Below, in pieces: positions 1-8,900 of a stretch of 42,946 nucleotides of DNA. Location of the stretch: UHGV virus genome UHGV-1445076; one strand, given 5' to 3'. Position numbers and translations under genes: made by a program. This stretch comes from a virus. The notes beneath the pieces were generated by a model. The model did not search any database and was not told the origin of the DNA. It saw only the letters and a list, made by a program, of their open reading frames with translations. Within the stretch, counting starts at the first letter, position 1, and each line of letters starts with the position of its first letter.

Positions 1-366
1 AAGAGCGACATAATAGACAGGATTGGCAATGAGGAACTGGACTTTCTCTCTTGTGCGGAGGAATGGGAAGGCGGCATCGTTACCAATCCGCCGTATAAAT
101 ACGCGCAGCGTTTCGTGGAGAAGGCTCTTGAGTGTGTCGGCGATGGCCGCAAGGTTGCCATGCTGCTGAAGCTGACGTTTTTAGAGGGTCAGGAGCGCAG
201 AAAGCTGTTTGAGAGGACGCCGCCGAGCAGGATATGGGTGTTCTCGAAGAGGGTGAGCTGCGCGAAGAACGGCGACTTTGAGAGGTACGGGAACGGAGCT
301 GTATGCTACGCTTGGTTTGTATTTGAAAAAGGATTTAATGGAACACCAACTATACATTGGATATAA
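1..366 (+). CDS. DNA N6-adenine (amino) methyltransferase, C-terminal fragment; 5' end lies outside the window
   Basis: Frame 1 is open from base 1 to TAA at 364-366. Translation contains GIVTNPPY (nt ~73-96), matching the (D/N/S)PP(Y/F) catalytic motif IV of amino-methyltransferases. Confidence 0.65.
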   Translation, partial: KSDIIDRIGNEELDFLSCAEEWEGGIVTNPPYKYAQRFVEKALECVGDGRKVAMLLKLTFLEGQERRKLFERTPPSRIWVFSKRVSCAKNGDFERYGNGAVCYAWFVFEKGFNGTPTIHWI

Positions 367-377
367 AACAAATAATT

Positions 378-785
378 ATGAAAAAGTACATCGGAACAAA
401 ACAGATTGAAGCCGAACCTATGACTATGGGCGAGGCTTACGAGAAAGGATTGCTGCAAGCAGGCCGAGTGCCTAACGAAAACGAGAAGTCAAACGCTGGT
501 TATCATGTCCGCTATCAAGACGGTTATGAAAGCTGGTCGCCTGCTGAACCGTTTGACAAAGCGTACAAGCGCGCTGACACGTTTCTTGACCGTCTTTATA
601 TCGAGCGTACGGAACTGCATGACAAGCTCACTAAGCTACGTTCGTTCATAGAGTCTCCGAAATTCTTGGAGACGGTTACTGATGAGTACCAAAGGAAGCT
701 GCTTTCTAAGCAGGAGGGTATTATGCAAGGCTACCTTGATGTACTTGACGAGCGTATGAGCCAGCTTTCTAACAAACCAGCCTGA
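378..785 (+). CDS. hypothetical protein (135 aa)
   Basis: Track ORF 357..785 begins at TTG; first in-frame ATG is at 378 (MKKYIG...). No recognisable motif. Confidence 0.4.
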   Translation: MKKYIGTKQIEAEPMTMGEAYEKGLLQAGRVPNENEKSNAGYHVRYQDGYESWSPAEPFDKAYKRADTFLDRLYIERTELHDKLTKLRSFIESPKFLETVTDEYQRKLLSKQEGIMQGYLDVLDERMSQLSNKPA

Positions 786-845
786 CGTGGAAGTAAAATT
801 AAGGCGGTGTGGGCTTTGAGCTTGCATCGTTCTTATTAAATCGGA

Positions 846-1058
846 ATGGCGATAAAGCTACATATATGCAAGCAGCCGTTTGAGCGGAAGCCGAGCCGCA
901 GGTGCCATTATAACAAGCGCGGCGTGGCGAAGCGCGGCTTTCGGAGCAAGGACGAGGCCGAGGCGTTTATAGAGGCCAAGGGGCTGCAAGGGTATGGGAT
1001 TTACCAATGCAAGGTATGTTCGATGTATCATATAGGGAAACAAACGACAAACAAATGA
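846..1058 (+). CDS. small Cys/His-rich protein, possible zinc-ribbon (70 aa)
   Basis: ATG-initiated ORF; Cys/His pairs (HICK...RRCH...YQCKVCSMYH) are spaced like a zinc ribbon. Basic residue-rich. Confidence 0.35.
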   Translation: MAIKLHICKQPFERKPSRRCHYNKRGVAKRGFRSKDEAEAFIEAKGLQGYGIYQCKVCSMYHIGKQTTNK

Positions 1059-1116
1059 TATTGCTTATGAAAGAAGGATTATGGAACAAATTTAAGTGGT
1101 GTGTAAAGGAAAAAGT

Positions 1117-1581
1117 ATGAAGAAAGGCTATTATGAATACGACCCGGTGATATATCCGAGAAAGCTGTGGGTGATGCCACAGGCCACAGGGGCGGAGATA
1201 CAGAGTTGCTTCACGGAGCATGACGGAGATGAGATTAAATGGGATGACAAGGACTGTTTTGCAACGACTTTTACAGAAGTATGTTCGAAAGCGGACGGCA
1301 AGTATGGCGAACTGGTGGTTTTCAAAGGCAAGACAAACATGACAATGGGTAATATCTGCCATGAGGCTTCACACGTACTTGACGCTTTTATGAACGTATT
1401 GCCATTGGCACGAGAATATAGAGGGCACAACGAACATTTGTCTTACCTGTTGCAATGGATTGGCGATTGCATAAACAGGGCGAGGCTCGGAAAAGGAGAG
1501 TTTGTTGAGATTAAGGTCGATAAAGGCAAGGCTGACGGGAATAATAAGAAAAATGAGGTCAATGAGCAGAATACACTGTAA
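1117..1581 (+). CDS. hypothetical protein with HExxH motif (154 aa)
   Basis: Track ORF starts at GTG 1096; first ATG at 1117 (MKKGYYEY). Contains CHEASHVLD (HExxH); metalloprotease identity unproven. Confidence 0.4.
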   Translation: MKKGYYEYDPVIYPRKLWVMPQATGAEIQSCFTEHDGDEIKWDDKDCFATTFTEVCSKADGKYGELVVFKGKTNMTMGNICHEASHVLDAFMNVLPLAREYRGHNEHLSYLLQWIGDCINRARLGKGEFVEIKVDKGKADGNNKKNEVNEQNTL

Positions 1582-1610
1582 AAACACTATACAACACAAA
1601 ATACTGACGA

Positions 1611-2135
1611 ATGGATAGCGGAAGAGTTTATATAGGGATAGACCCTGGAAGTGCAGGGTTCATAGCCGTAATGTATGCGAACGGGATGAAAGACTTCCTT
1701 TCGATAAAGGATGCCGGATATGCAAAGATTGTGGACTTTCTTAAAGGTATAATTTTTGCAAGCGACTGTAACGTCGTATGCTGTATGGAAGAAGTACATG
1801 CAATATTAGGCTCGTCTGCAAAATCTACATTCGCATTTGGAAAAATCAATGGAATACTTATAGGGATTCTTACAGCATTGGGTATTCCATACCATCTTGT
1901 TCAGCCTAAGATATGGCAGGGTGAGATATGGATTAATCAAGATAAGGAGTATAAGTCGAAATGTACAAACGGGAAGACCCTCAGGAGGATTGATACAAAA
2001 AAAACCTCGCTGAACGCGGGAAAGCGTCTTTTCCCCCGCATAGACTTCCGTAGGACAGAGAAATGCAAGGACGATGACGACAACAAGTGCGACGCCTTGC
2101 TGATATGTGAGTATGGGAGGAGAAAGGGATTGTAA
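1611..2135 (+). CDS. RuvC-like Holliday junction resolvase (phage type)
   Basis: N-terminal VYIGIDPGSAG resembles the catalytic Asp motif of RuvC/YqgF-fold resolvases; internal MEEVH and C-terminal acidic DDDDNKCDALLI fit the other carboxylate positions. Size 174 aa. Confidence 0.6.
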   Translation: MDSGRVYIGIDPGSAGFIAVMYANGMKDFLSIKDAGYAKIVDFLKGIIFASDCNVVCCMEEVHAILGSSAKSTFAFGKINGILIGILTALGIPYHLVQPKIWQGEIWINQDKEYKSKCTNGKTLRRIDTKKTSLNAGKRLFPRIDFRRTEKCKDDDDNKCDALLICEYGRRKGL

Positions 2136-2239
2136 TTTTAGGGAAATCCTCTTATTCCGTACCTAAGTTCCAATAGAGGACGAAGAGCAAGCGGCAGAAG
2201 TCGCAGTACTTCATGCCGTCCGCTTTTTCTATCAATATG

Positions 2240-2668
2240 TCAATATCTTTCTTCATAAAGTTTTCTCCTGCAATGCTCACAAAGGAACTTCCGGGCAACG
2301 GGAAACATCCTCTGCCCTATTTCCCCGCTTAAATACTGTTGCTCTTCACCATAAGGGTCAAGACCGAAGGCGACAGATATATGTTTGATGAGATGCCCTT
2401 TCTCATGGTCGAGTGAGTTCTGGAACTGCGCGGCTGATGATGTTAGACCGATAACCATGATGCTCTCATGCGTGATTCGGTTGGAATATGTAAGTCCGGT
2501 ATCAAGTTCTCCGCGTCTGAGACTCATATAAGCATCACGCAACTCACATCCCCCACAACCGACGCGCATGAGGTCATTCACTATGACATCAGTCCAATAA
2601 GTCGTCACAGCATAGTATACCCTAATCCTCCAGTCATAGTCTGGCAAACCGAAATCCTGTACAATCAT
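2240..2668 (-). CDS. hypothetical protein
   Basis: Track ORF 2240..2683; ATG at 2668-2666 overlaps the upstream gene stop (ATGA coupling). Contains HEKGH (HExxH-like) motif. Confidence 0.35.
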   Translation of the reverse strand: MIVQDFGLPDYDWRIRVYYAVTTYWTDVIVNDLMRVGCGGCELRDAYMSLRRGELDTGLTYSNRITHESIMVIGLTSSAAQFQNSLDHEKGHLIKHISVAFGLDPYGEEQQYLSGEIGQRMFPVARKFLCEHCRRKLYEERY

Positions 2669-3087
2669 AATACATCTTCCCATTCGACAGGAGTCCCGTT
2701 TCCGATACAGTCAGCAAGATAGCGTGTAAGAGCCACGCCGTCGTAACCATCGGTATCGTCCAGATAATCTTTCACGAACAACGCCAGATGAGCCTCGTCT
2801 ACAACAGAGCTTTTAAAATAATCAGCCTTTGCCATATGCCATACATAGACGGCATCATAACCCTTACAATTATCAATATTCAAGTTATATTTTTTCAACA
2901 GGTCTTCCACTGTTTCCTTGGAAGTCATCTCCAACGGCTCTTTCTTGCCTGTGGCCTTGTTGAGTGTGCGCATGCCCTTTATGGCGCATTCACAGAGCTT
3001 TCTTGAAAAATGCCAACCGTACTGAGAAAGATACCGCCTCATCCCTTCCGGCATCTTATCATATGTGTCAAGTCTTTGCATAATCAT
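2665..3087 (-). CDS. hypothetical protein (140 aa)
   Basis: ATG-initiated ORF, coupled to the downstream gene by a 4-nt overlap. Confidence 0.35.
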   Translation of the reverse strand: MIMQRLDTYDKMPEGMRRYLSQYGWHFSRKLCECAIKGMRTLNKATGKKEPLEMTSKETVEDLLKKYNLNIDNCKGYDAVYVWHMAKADYFKSSVVDEAHLALFVKDYLDDTDGYDGVALTRYLADCIGNGTPVEWEDVL

Positions 3088-3147
3088 TTATTTTAAGAAT
3101 GAAAAATGAAGAGTGAAGATTTCATTTCCTCACTCTTCGTCCTGTTT

Positions 3148-3435
3148 TTAATAGAACTGTCCGTTAGCCCTGCGGTGACGTCGTTCGCCCATGTCATCAG
3201 ACCACGTATCCTCAGGCTGGTAACCCGACATACGATTGCCGTATGACCCACCGCCATAAGAACGTCCGTTACGGAAGCCCATATCTTCATGAGCCTCCAT
3301 CATTGCCTTCTTGTAACCATGGCGGCAGCCATCCTCAAATCCTTGTCTGTATGCCTGCTCAGACTCACCGCCTCTCATTCCGAAGTCGCGACCGTATCCG
3401 TCACGTCCTTCCTCCATTATTGTCCACATTCCCAT
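3148..3435 (-). CDS. small Gly/Arg-rich protein (95 aa)
   Basis: ATG ORF, low-complexity Gly/Arg/Tyr-rich sequence; GC-rich relative to the flanking tail operon. Confidence 0.3.
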   Translation of the reverse strand: MGMWTIMEEGRDGYGRDFGMRGGESEQAYRQGFEDGCRHGYKKAMMEAHEDMGFRNGRSYGGGSYGNRMSGYQPEDTWSDDMGERRHRRANGQFY

Positions 3436-3442
3436 AGTTTAT

Positions 3443-3973
3443 TTATTTTTGCGGTGTATCGGAAACTCCGAGCTGTTCCATCAGCTGCCTGTTCTGCTCG
3501 GCAAGCATGTTCATACTTTTCACTATGGTATTCATCTGCTCCTTCATGCCTCTAATCTCTTCATCCTGCTTACGCTTGGCAGCTATTTCAGGATTAAGGT
3601 CATTCAGCATCTTGTCACAGCATGCCATGACATTCTTGTGATAATCTGTACTGCTAAGAATATCCATACTCTTTTGTCTCATCATGGACACCTCACTGTT
3701 AATCGCGTCTTTTGAGCATGATACCACTACCGTACCGTTGTCGTCTATGTCGGCGTTAGCTTTCAAGTCCTTAAGCGGGACTACCTGTCCGCCTATGTTC
3801 ACCATAATGTCCACCACCATCTCCATCTGCGGGAATGTCCCCATAGGAGCCGGAGACACCGGATATTTTGGCTTGGGAGCTGTAACGCTTGACACTGTAC
3901 CATATTCTAAATATGGATTGCCGTCCTTATGCAGTATGAACAACTGCGAATTTTCTCGTAGATTCTGAAACAT
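3443..3973 (-). CDS. hypothetical protein, possible virion component (176 aa)
   Basis: ATG ORF within the structural operon, C-terminal coiled-coil-like segment. Confidence 0.35.
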   Translation of the reverse strand: MFQNLRENSQLFILHKDGNPYLEYGTVSSVTAPKPKYPVSPAPMGTFPQMEMVVDIMVNIGGQVVPLKDLKANADIDDNGTVVVSCSKDAINSEVSMMRQKSMDILSSTDYHKNVMACCDKMLNDLNPEIAAKRKQDEEIRGMKEQMNTIVKSMNMLAEQNRQLMEQLGVSDTPQK

Positions 3974-3994
3974 CCTTGTGTTGCTTTAATATTG

Positions 3995-4420
3995 TTATTT
4001 TCTGAATTTGTCAAAGTCTGCCGCAGCCGCTTCCTGTGTAGCTGCCGCAGCAGCAGCCTGTCTGTAACCTGCGTTCACGAGATACAGCTCGTTGGTGTAG
4101 CGGTTGTAGTGGATTTCGTAGATGCCCGCCCCGGTGATGTTGGCCACCGTCACGGGCGTGCCCTCGGTTTCCATAAGGGGGAGCGACACTCCGTTGGAGC
4201 TGATGTTGACGGGCAGCGTTGTGGTCGTTCCCGTAGGGATGGCCGTGCGTAGGTTGAGGTAGAACGAGCCTACGTAGTTGCGCCTGTAGAGCGAGTGCGC
4301 GGGCAGTTCTATCGTAACCGCGTCGGTGCCGACGGTGACCCCTGCGCTCGGTATGGTGTTGTAGTTGTTTCGCCCGAGCGCGGGGAAGTTGAAAGGAAGT
4401 CCTAAGAAAAATTCCCACAT
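3995..4420 (-). CDS. hypothetical protein, possible distal tail component (141 aa)
   Basis: Track ORF starts at GTG 4501; internal ATG at 4420-4418 is preceded by AGGAGG (plus-strand CCTCCT 4426-4431) at 5-nt spacing. GC-rich. Confidence 0.4.
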   Translation of the reverse strand: MWEFFLGLPFNFPALGRNNYNTIPSAGVTVGTDAVTIELPAHSLYRRNYVGSFYLNLRTAIPTGTTTTLPVNISSNGVSLPLMETEGTPVTVANITGAGIYEIHYNRYTNELYLVNAGYRQAAAAAATQEAAAADFDKFRK

Positions 4421-4439
4421 GGTAGCCTCCTTTCCTTGC

Positions 4440-5393
4440 TTAGTTCCAAAACGTCGGCGTGTATCCGCATCCATAACCTGCGTACTGGCCTGCGGCGGCA
4501 CCCACTGCGGCAGCCTTGTATAAGTCTGTGTTTACACCGACTATATTAGGCCATTGTACAGGTACTGTGTTGGGCAACTTGCATTTGATACCGTCGACGT
4601 CGCTCTGGAGTGCCTGCAGTCCTGCTGCCAAGGGTGCGATTTGCTGACCTACGGCATTGAGGATTGTAGCGTTTTGGTTGCGCTGCGAGATTTCGCTTTG
4701 CAAGGTTGCCTTCTCCGCCGTGAGGGCTGCGATTTTGTCCTGCAACGCCTGGTTCTGCATTGCGTCGAGCTTCGCGAGTATGGCGTTGGTGTTGGCCGTT
4801 GCGCCGTCACGGAGCGAGAGGGCGTTGTTGTTCGCGGTGTCTACGAGCGTGTGCGTCTGCTCGCATGTTGCCAGGCGGCTTTCGTAGCCCTGACGCTCCA
4901 CTGCCTGAAGGATGTTGCAGCAGCAGGTTGACAGCTGGTTTACGATACCGTTGTCACCGCTCTGAATGGCGTTGATAATCTGTGTTCCGGTCAGTCCAAT
5001 GCTGTTCTGGATGTTGCACAGTGCACTCTCGATTTGCTGGCTCGAGCAGTTGAGCGTTGACGCGATTTGGTTGATTGCACTCGCGTTGCCTTGGATTGCT
5101 TGCATCAGCAGTTCGCGTCCCGCGTTGCCTGCGAGTTCCGCTGGCAGTCCGTTGCCGCCACGTGAGCCGAAACCTCCGAAGCCTCCGTTGTTCCACCCGA
5201 AGATACTTGCAACGATTGCAAGATAAATCACTCCCCAGATTCCGTTTTGCCCACCGAAGCCACCGTTGCCATTCATCAGTGCCAGCACACCAGGGTCAAT
5301 TCCCCTATTCAGCATTCCGGGAAGCATGGCATTGATGTCATAACGCGCGCCTCCGGAGTTGCCGTCACTGTTAAAAACATAAGTTCTTTCCAT
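4440..5393 (-). CDS. Gly-rich, coiled-coil protein with one hydrophobic helix; possible adsorption or tail-tip protein (317 aa)
   Basis: ATG ORF; N-terminal GGFGG repeats, hydrophobic segment GIWGVIYLAIVASIFGW, long Q/A/L-rich heptad-like region. About 55-63% GC in sampled 60-nt blocks. Confidence 0.4.
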   Translation of the reverse strand: MERTYVFNSDGNSGGARYDINAMLPGMLNRGIDPGVLALMNGNGGFGGQNGIWGVIYLAIVASIFGWNNGGFGGFGSRGGNGLPAELAGNAGRELLMQAIQGNASAINQIASTLNCSSQQIESALCNIQNSIGLTGTQIINAIQSGDNGIVNQLSTCCCNILQAVERQGYESRLATCEQTHTLVDTANNNALSLRDGATANTNAILAKLDAMQNQALQDKIAALTAEKATLQSEISQRNQNATILNAVGQQIAPLAAGLQALQSDVDGIKCKLPNTVPVQWPNIVGVNTDLYKAAAVGAAAGQYAGYGCGYTPTFWN

Positions 5394-5406
5394 AAAGTTC
5401 AGATTG

Positions 5407-5502
5407 TTTGTTGTGTTGTTGCGGTCAATGTTAACCGTGCAGCAAAGTTCGCAAAAACCTAAACCTAAATGAAAAGTTACTTACCGATAAAAACACAACA
5501 AA
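5407..5502. repeat. 11-bp inverted repeat pair separated by 74 bp in an intergenic region
   Basis: TTTGTTGTGTT at 5407-5417 is the exact reverse complement of AACACAACAAA at 5492-5502. Confidence 0.35.
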
Positions 5503-5529
5503 TACCTTAAAAACGGTAATTATTAAATA

Positions 5530-5877
5530 CTATTTTTTTGTTGGTTTTGTGTGGTTAAGGATAAATGCTATAGTTTGCCGTCCCAGTCCAATTTTTTCGC
5601 TTATCCGTTCATAAATATATTGCTTTGAGACAACTGTTGACACATTGCCAAGCTCTAAACATAAATCGTGATACAGCTTATGAACATTGTTATCACGAAT
5701 TATTGTACTTTCTCGTCTATTCTTCCCTGAAAATCTTGTCATATCAAAAAAATTTTTTAAATTTGCAGATGCCAAACAAATCTTATTTAAATAATAATGC
5801 CTATAGTAGGTCGGAGTCATACGCCTCGGCACTTCTACGGTAGGCATTATCGTATTATAAGGTTTGTTTGGCGACAA
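5530..5877 (-). CDS. small putative DNA-binding protein (115 aa)
   Basis: C-terminal YERISEKIGLGRQTIAFILN looks like a helix-turn-helix; AT-rich gene flanked by intergenic gaps on both sides. Confidence 0.35.
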   Translation of the reverse strand: MSPNKPYNTIMPTVEVPRRMTPTYYRHYYLNKICLASANLKNFFDMTRFSGKNRRESTIIRDNNVHKLYHDLCLELGNVSTVVSKQYIYERISEKIGLGRQTIAFILNHTKPTKK

Positions 5878-5931
5878 AACTTTCAGGTGCCGGGGCTTTT
5901 TATACTCTTGCCCGGCGTATGAATATAGAGT

Positions 5932-8900
5932 CTACATGAAAACCTTTAATCCTCTGCCGCCTTTTGGATGTCCCGCAGCAAAGGCTTGGTTCCACATATC
6001 AGTCATTATAGATAACATGCTTCTTAAATATCCTGCCTGTTCGCGCAGTATGGTAACCATCGGATTGTCAGTTGAGGACATGTCTATGGACTGACTGCCC
6101 GACATCAAGGCTCGAATGGCAGCTATGTCCTCAGTCTGTTTTGCGACAAAGAAGCGTATTGAGTTAAGCAAAGCTTCAAGGGCTTCAGCCGTTTGTTCCG
6201 TTATGCCTTGTATACCCTGCTGCAGGGCTGAAAGACTTGATTCAGAATCCGCACCGGCACCAAACTCAAACCCGAGAGTATCTGCAATTGATTTCATGGC
6301 TTCGTCAAACGCTTTAAGCGTTTCTGGAGATTCCTCACGTATTTTCTCCAATGATTGTCTCAGACTTTGCAATGAAGACGATGAACCGTCATAATTCACG
6401 AGTGCATCGTCAAGAGGCTTCAGCAAACTGTTAATAATATTGTCAGCCACACGATAGCTGACTTGTTTTTTTAACAAATTATCAAAGACCTCATCCAATT
6501 GGCTTTCAAGTGCAACGAGCGTATCAGAACCTTCATTGAATGCGTCCACCCATGCATCCGCAAAAGCTTGTGCCGCAGATTTATAATTTGCCTTTGAGCC
6601 GAATCCTCCAATTTCCTCCTGTAATGTGTCTTGTGCCTTTTTTATTGCCTTTTCATTTTCCTCTATCTGTTCCCGCCACTCCTTTATGCGGTCCTTATCC
6701 TTTTTCTTCTTGTCCTCCTCCGCCGCAATCATAGCACGTAGGTTGGCGTTTTGCATCTCGAGATTATCCTTCAGCTTCTCTGTGTATTTATCAAGTTCTG
6801 TAATGCTCCATGCATCAGACTGTTCTTGTTCAAGGTTTTCATAGGCATGTTGGAGGCTCTCGACCTGCTCTGTCAGTCTTTTTATCTGACGTTCTTTTTT
6901 CTTGTCTCCGATATTGAATAATGAGCCTATGGTCTTAGTAATACCGCCAATGGTACTTACCCATGCCGAGGGGTTGAGCAATCCACCTGGCGCGACAAGT
7001 TGCCCTATGCCGCTGGCAGTCTGTCCCAATCCTCCTGCAATATCAGAAATGCTCTCGATTGTGTCACGGATGCCGTCAGACATTGTGCCGAAAACGTTTT
7101 CAAGGTTGGCGGATATTTCGGTTACTCCTGATGAAATGGCACCGAACCATAAACCGATATACTCAAACTGCCCTCCAAGAGTTTTGAGTATTCTTTGCCA
7201 CTTATTGAGTTCTTTCGTGACATTGGCAACGTTTTTCTCCTGCTTATTAACCTTTTTATTTATTTCGTCGTATTGCCTTTTCGCGTCATTTATCTCATTA
7301 TTGAGTTTTGTCCCAGCATCACCTCGCTTGTCACTGTCGGAGAGTTTTGCATATGCCTCGTTTAACTTGTTGACGTGTTCAGCCGCTTCATCGAGTTTGT
7401 CTTCAAGTTCTTCAAGTTTTTGCTTCTCAACATCATATGTTTTTTCAAGTTCTTTTATACTTTTTGAAGCATTGGAAAATTGATTGAGATTTTTACCAAA
7501 ATCTTTCAACGGATTGCGTTCCAGTATCTCATCGTCGATTTTGTTTATCTGTTCCTGAATGGCTTTAAGCTGTTCAGGGGACAGACCTTTCAGAGAACTT
7601 TTAAGGGCTTCAAGCTTCTCTCTCATGCGCTCCAACATGTGCGAGGACACATTGTCGAGATTGTTGAACATCTCAATGTATGTTTCGGTATTCTTAAACT
7701 GCTCCCATTCAAGATTTGCTGCTTTTTCTGCTTTTTGCCTGTCAAGGGCTTGTATATATTCTTCACGTTGCTCTGGCGTAAACTTCAGCTCTTTATTCTC
7801 AATTTTTGCGCGCTCATTGATATACCACAGGTCAAGTTTCAGGCGTTCGTCAAGCTGTTTGCCGTAATCCTTTAGGATGTCCTGAGTCTGTGCAAGGTTG
7901 AAATCGTTGATTTTCTTCGTGAGCTTATCGAACTGCTCTTCTTTCTGCTTAGTCCAATCCCCGCCCTGCTTGTCGGCATACAGGGAATCAAGCTGTTTCC
8001 TCGCATCCTCAAAACTTATTGTCAGATTGCCGAACATACGCTGTATTGCACCGTCGTCAAGCCCTTGCTCCTTCAGCTTTCTAAAGAGGTCGAGATTGGA
8101 GAATATGCGGTCAGCTTCCTTCTCGGCACCATCAAGCTGCTTTTTCAATTCGTCAGAGTCGATTTCTATCTCATACTTGCTTATCAGCTTCATCACCTCA
8201 GCCTTTTTCTTGAAGTCCGTTATCGTTGGCAAAAGCTGATTCAAGGCTTTTATCATACCTTCTTTAGTCGGCACGAACGAGTCTATGATACTCTTGTCCA
8301 TCTTCACATACTGAAGGTCGTCACGGTATTCTTCCAGGACTCTCTTTGCCGCGTTTTCATCGCTAATCATAGGCGTCAGTTTCTCATACACCTCCATCAT
8401 CTCTTTCAGAAGAGAAATCTGCTCCTGAAGGATGTCACGCTGCTGCTTGGCGGCAGACTTGGCACTCTTGGCATTTTCTTTAGAAAAAGGGTCAACACCA
8501 AGACTTTCAGACGTTTCAGTCGCGGCTTTCTTGTATTCAGCGATTACGTCTTTTAATGTCGAAACATCTATTGTTTCTCCACTTAGCCTTATATCTCCAG
8601 CCTTAAACAATTTTCTTATAGAGTCATCAACCTTAATTTGCTTGACATTCTTACCAACAGCCGATATTCGTCTTTCAAGCTCTTGCCAGTTCTTAGCCGC
8701 TTTCGCTGCGTCGTCACCCTTCTTAAGAAATTCGCTAAGAGCCTTTCCATCCGTGACTTCCTTTACAACAAGGCTGACTCCGTACTTTTTCTTGGCAAAG
8801 AAATTCGAGAGGTAGTCATCAACCCACGATACCTCCTGCTCCATAGTGTCCTTGTTTATCTTGACATTGATTCCAAAATGTCTGTAAGCCAACTCCCGGT

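Noticed and set aside
2136-2239. Bidirectional terminator between the convergent resolvase and minus-strand genes
   Set aside because: Only an imperfect stem with a bulge (around 2191-2220) followed by a T5 run was found; too weak to annotate without folding-energy calculation.
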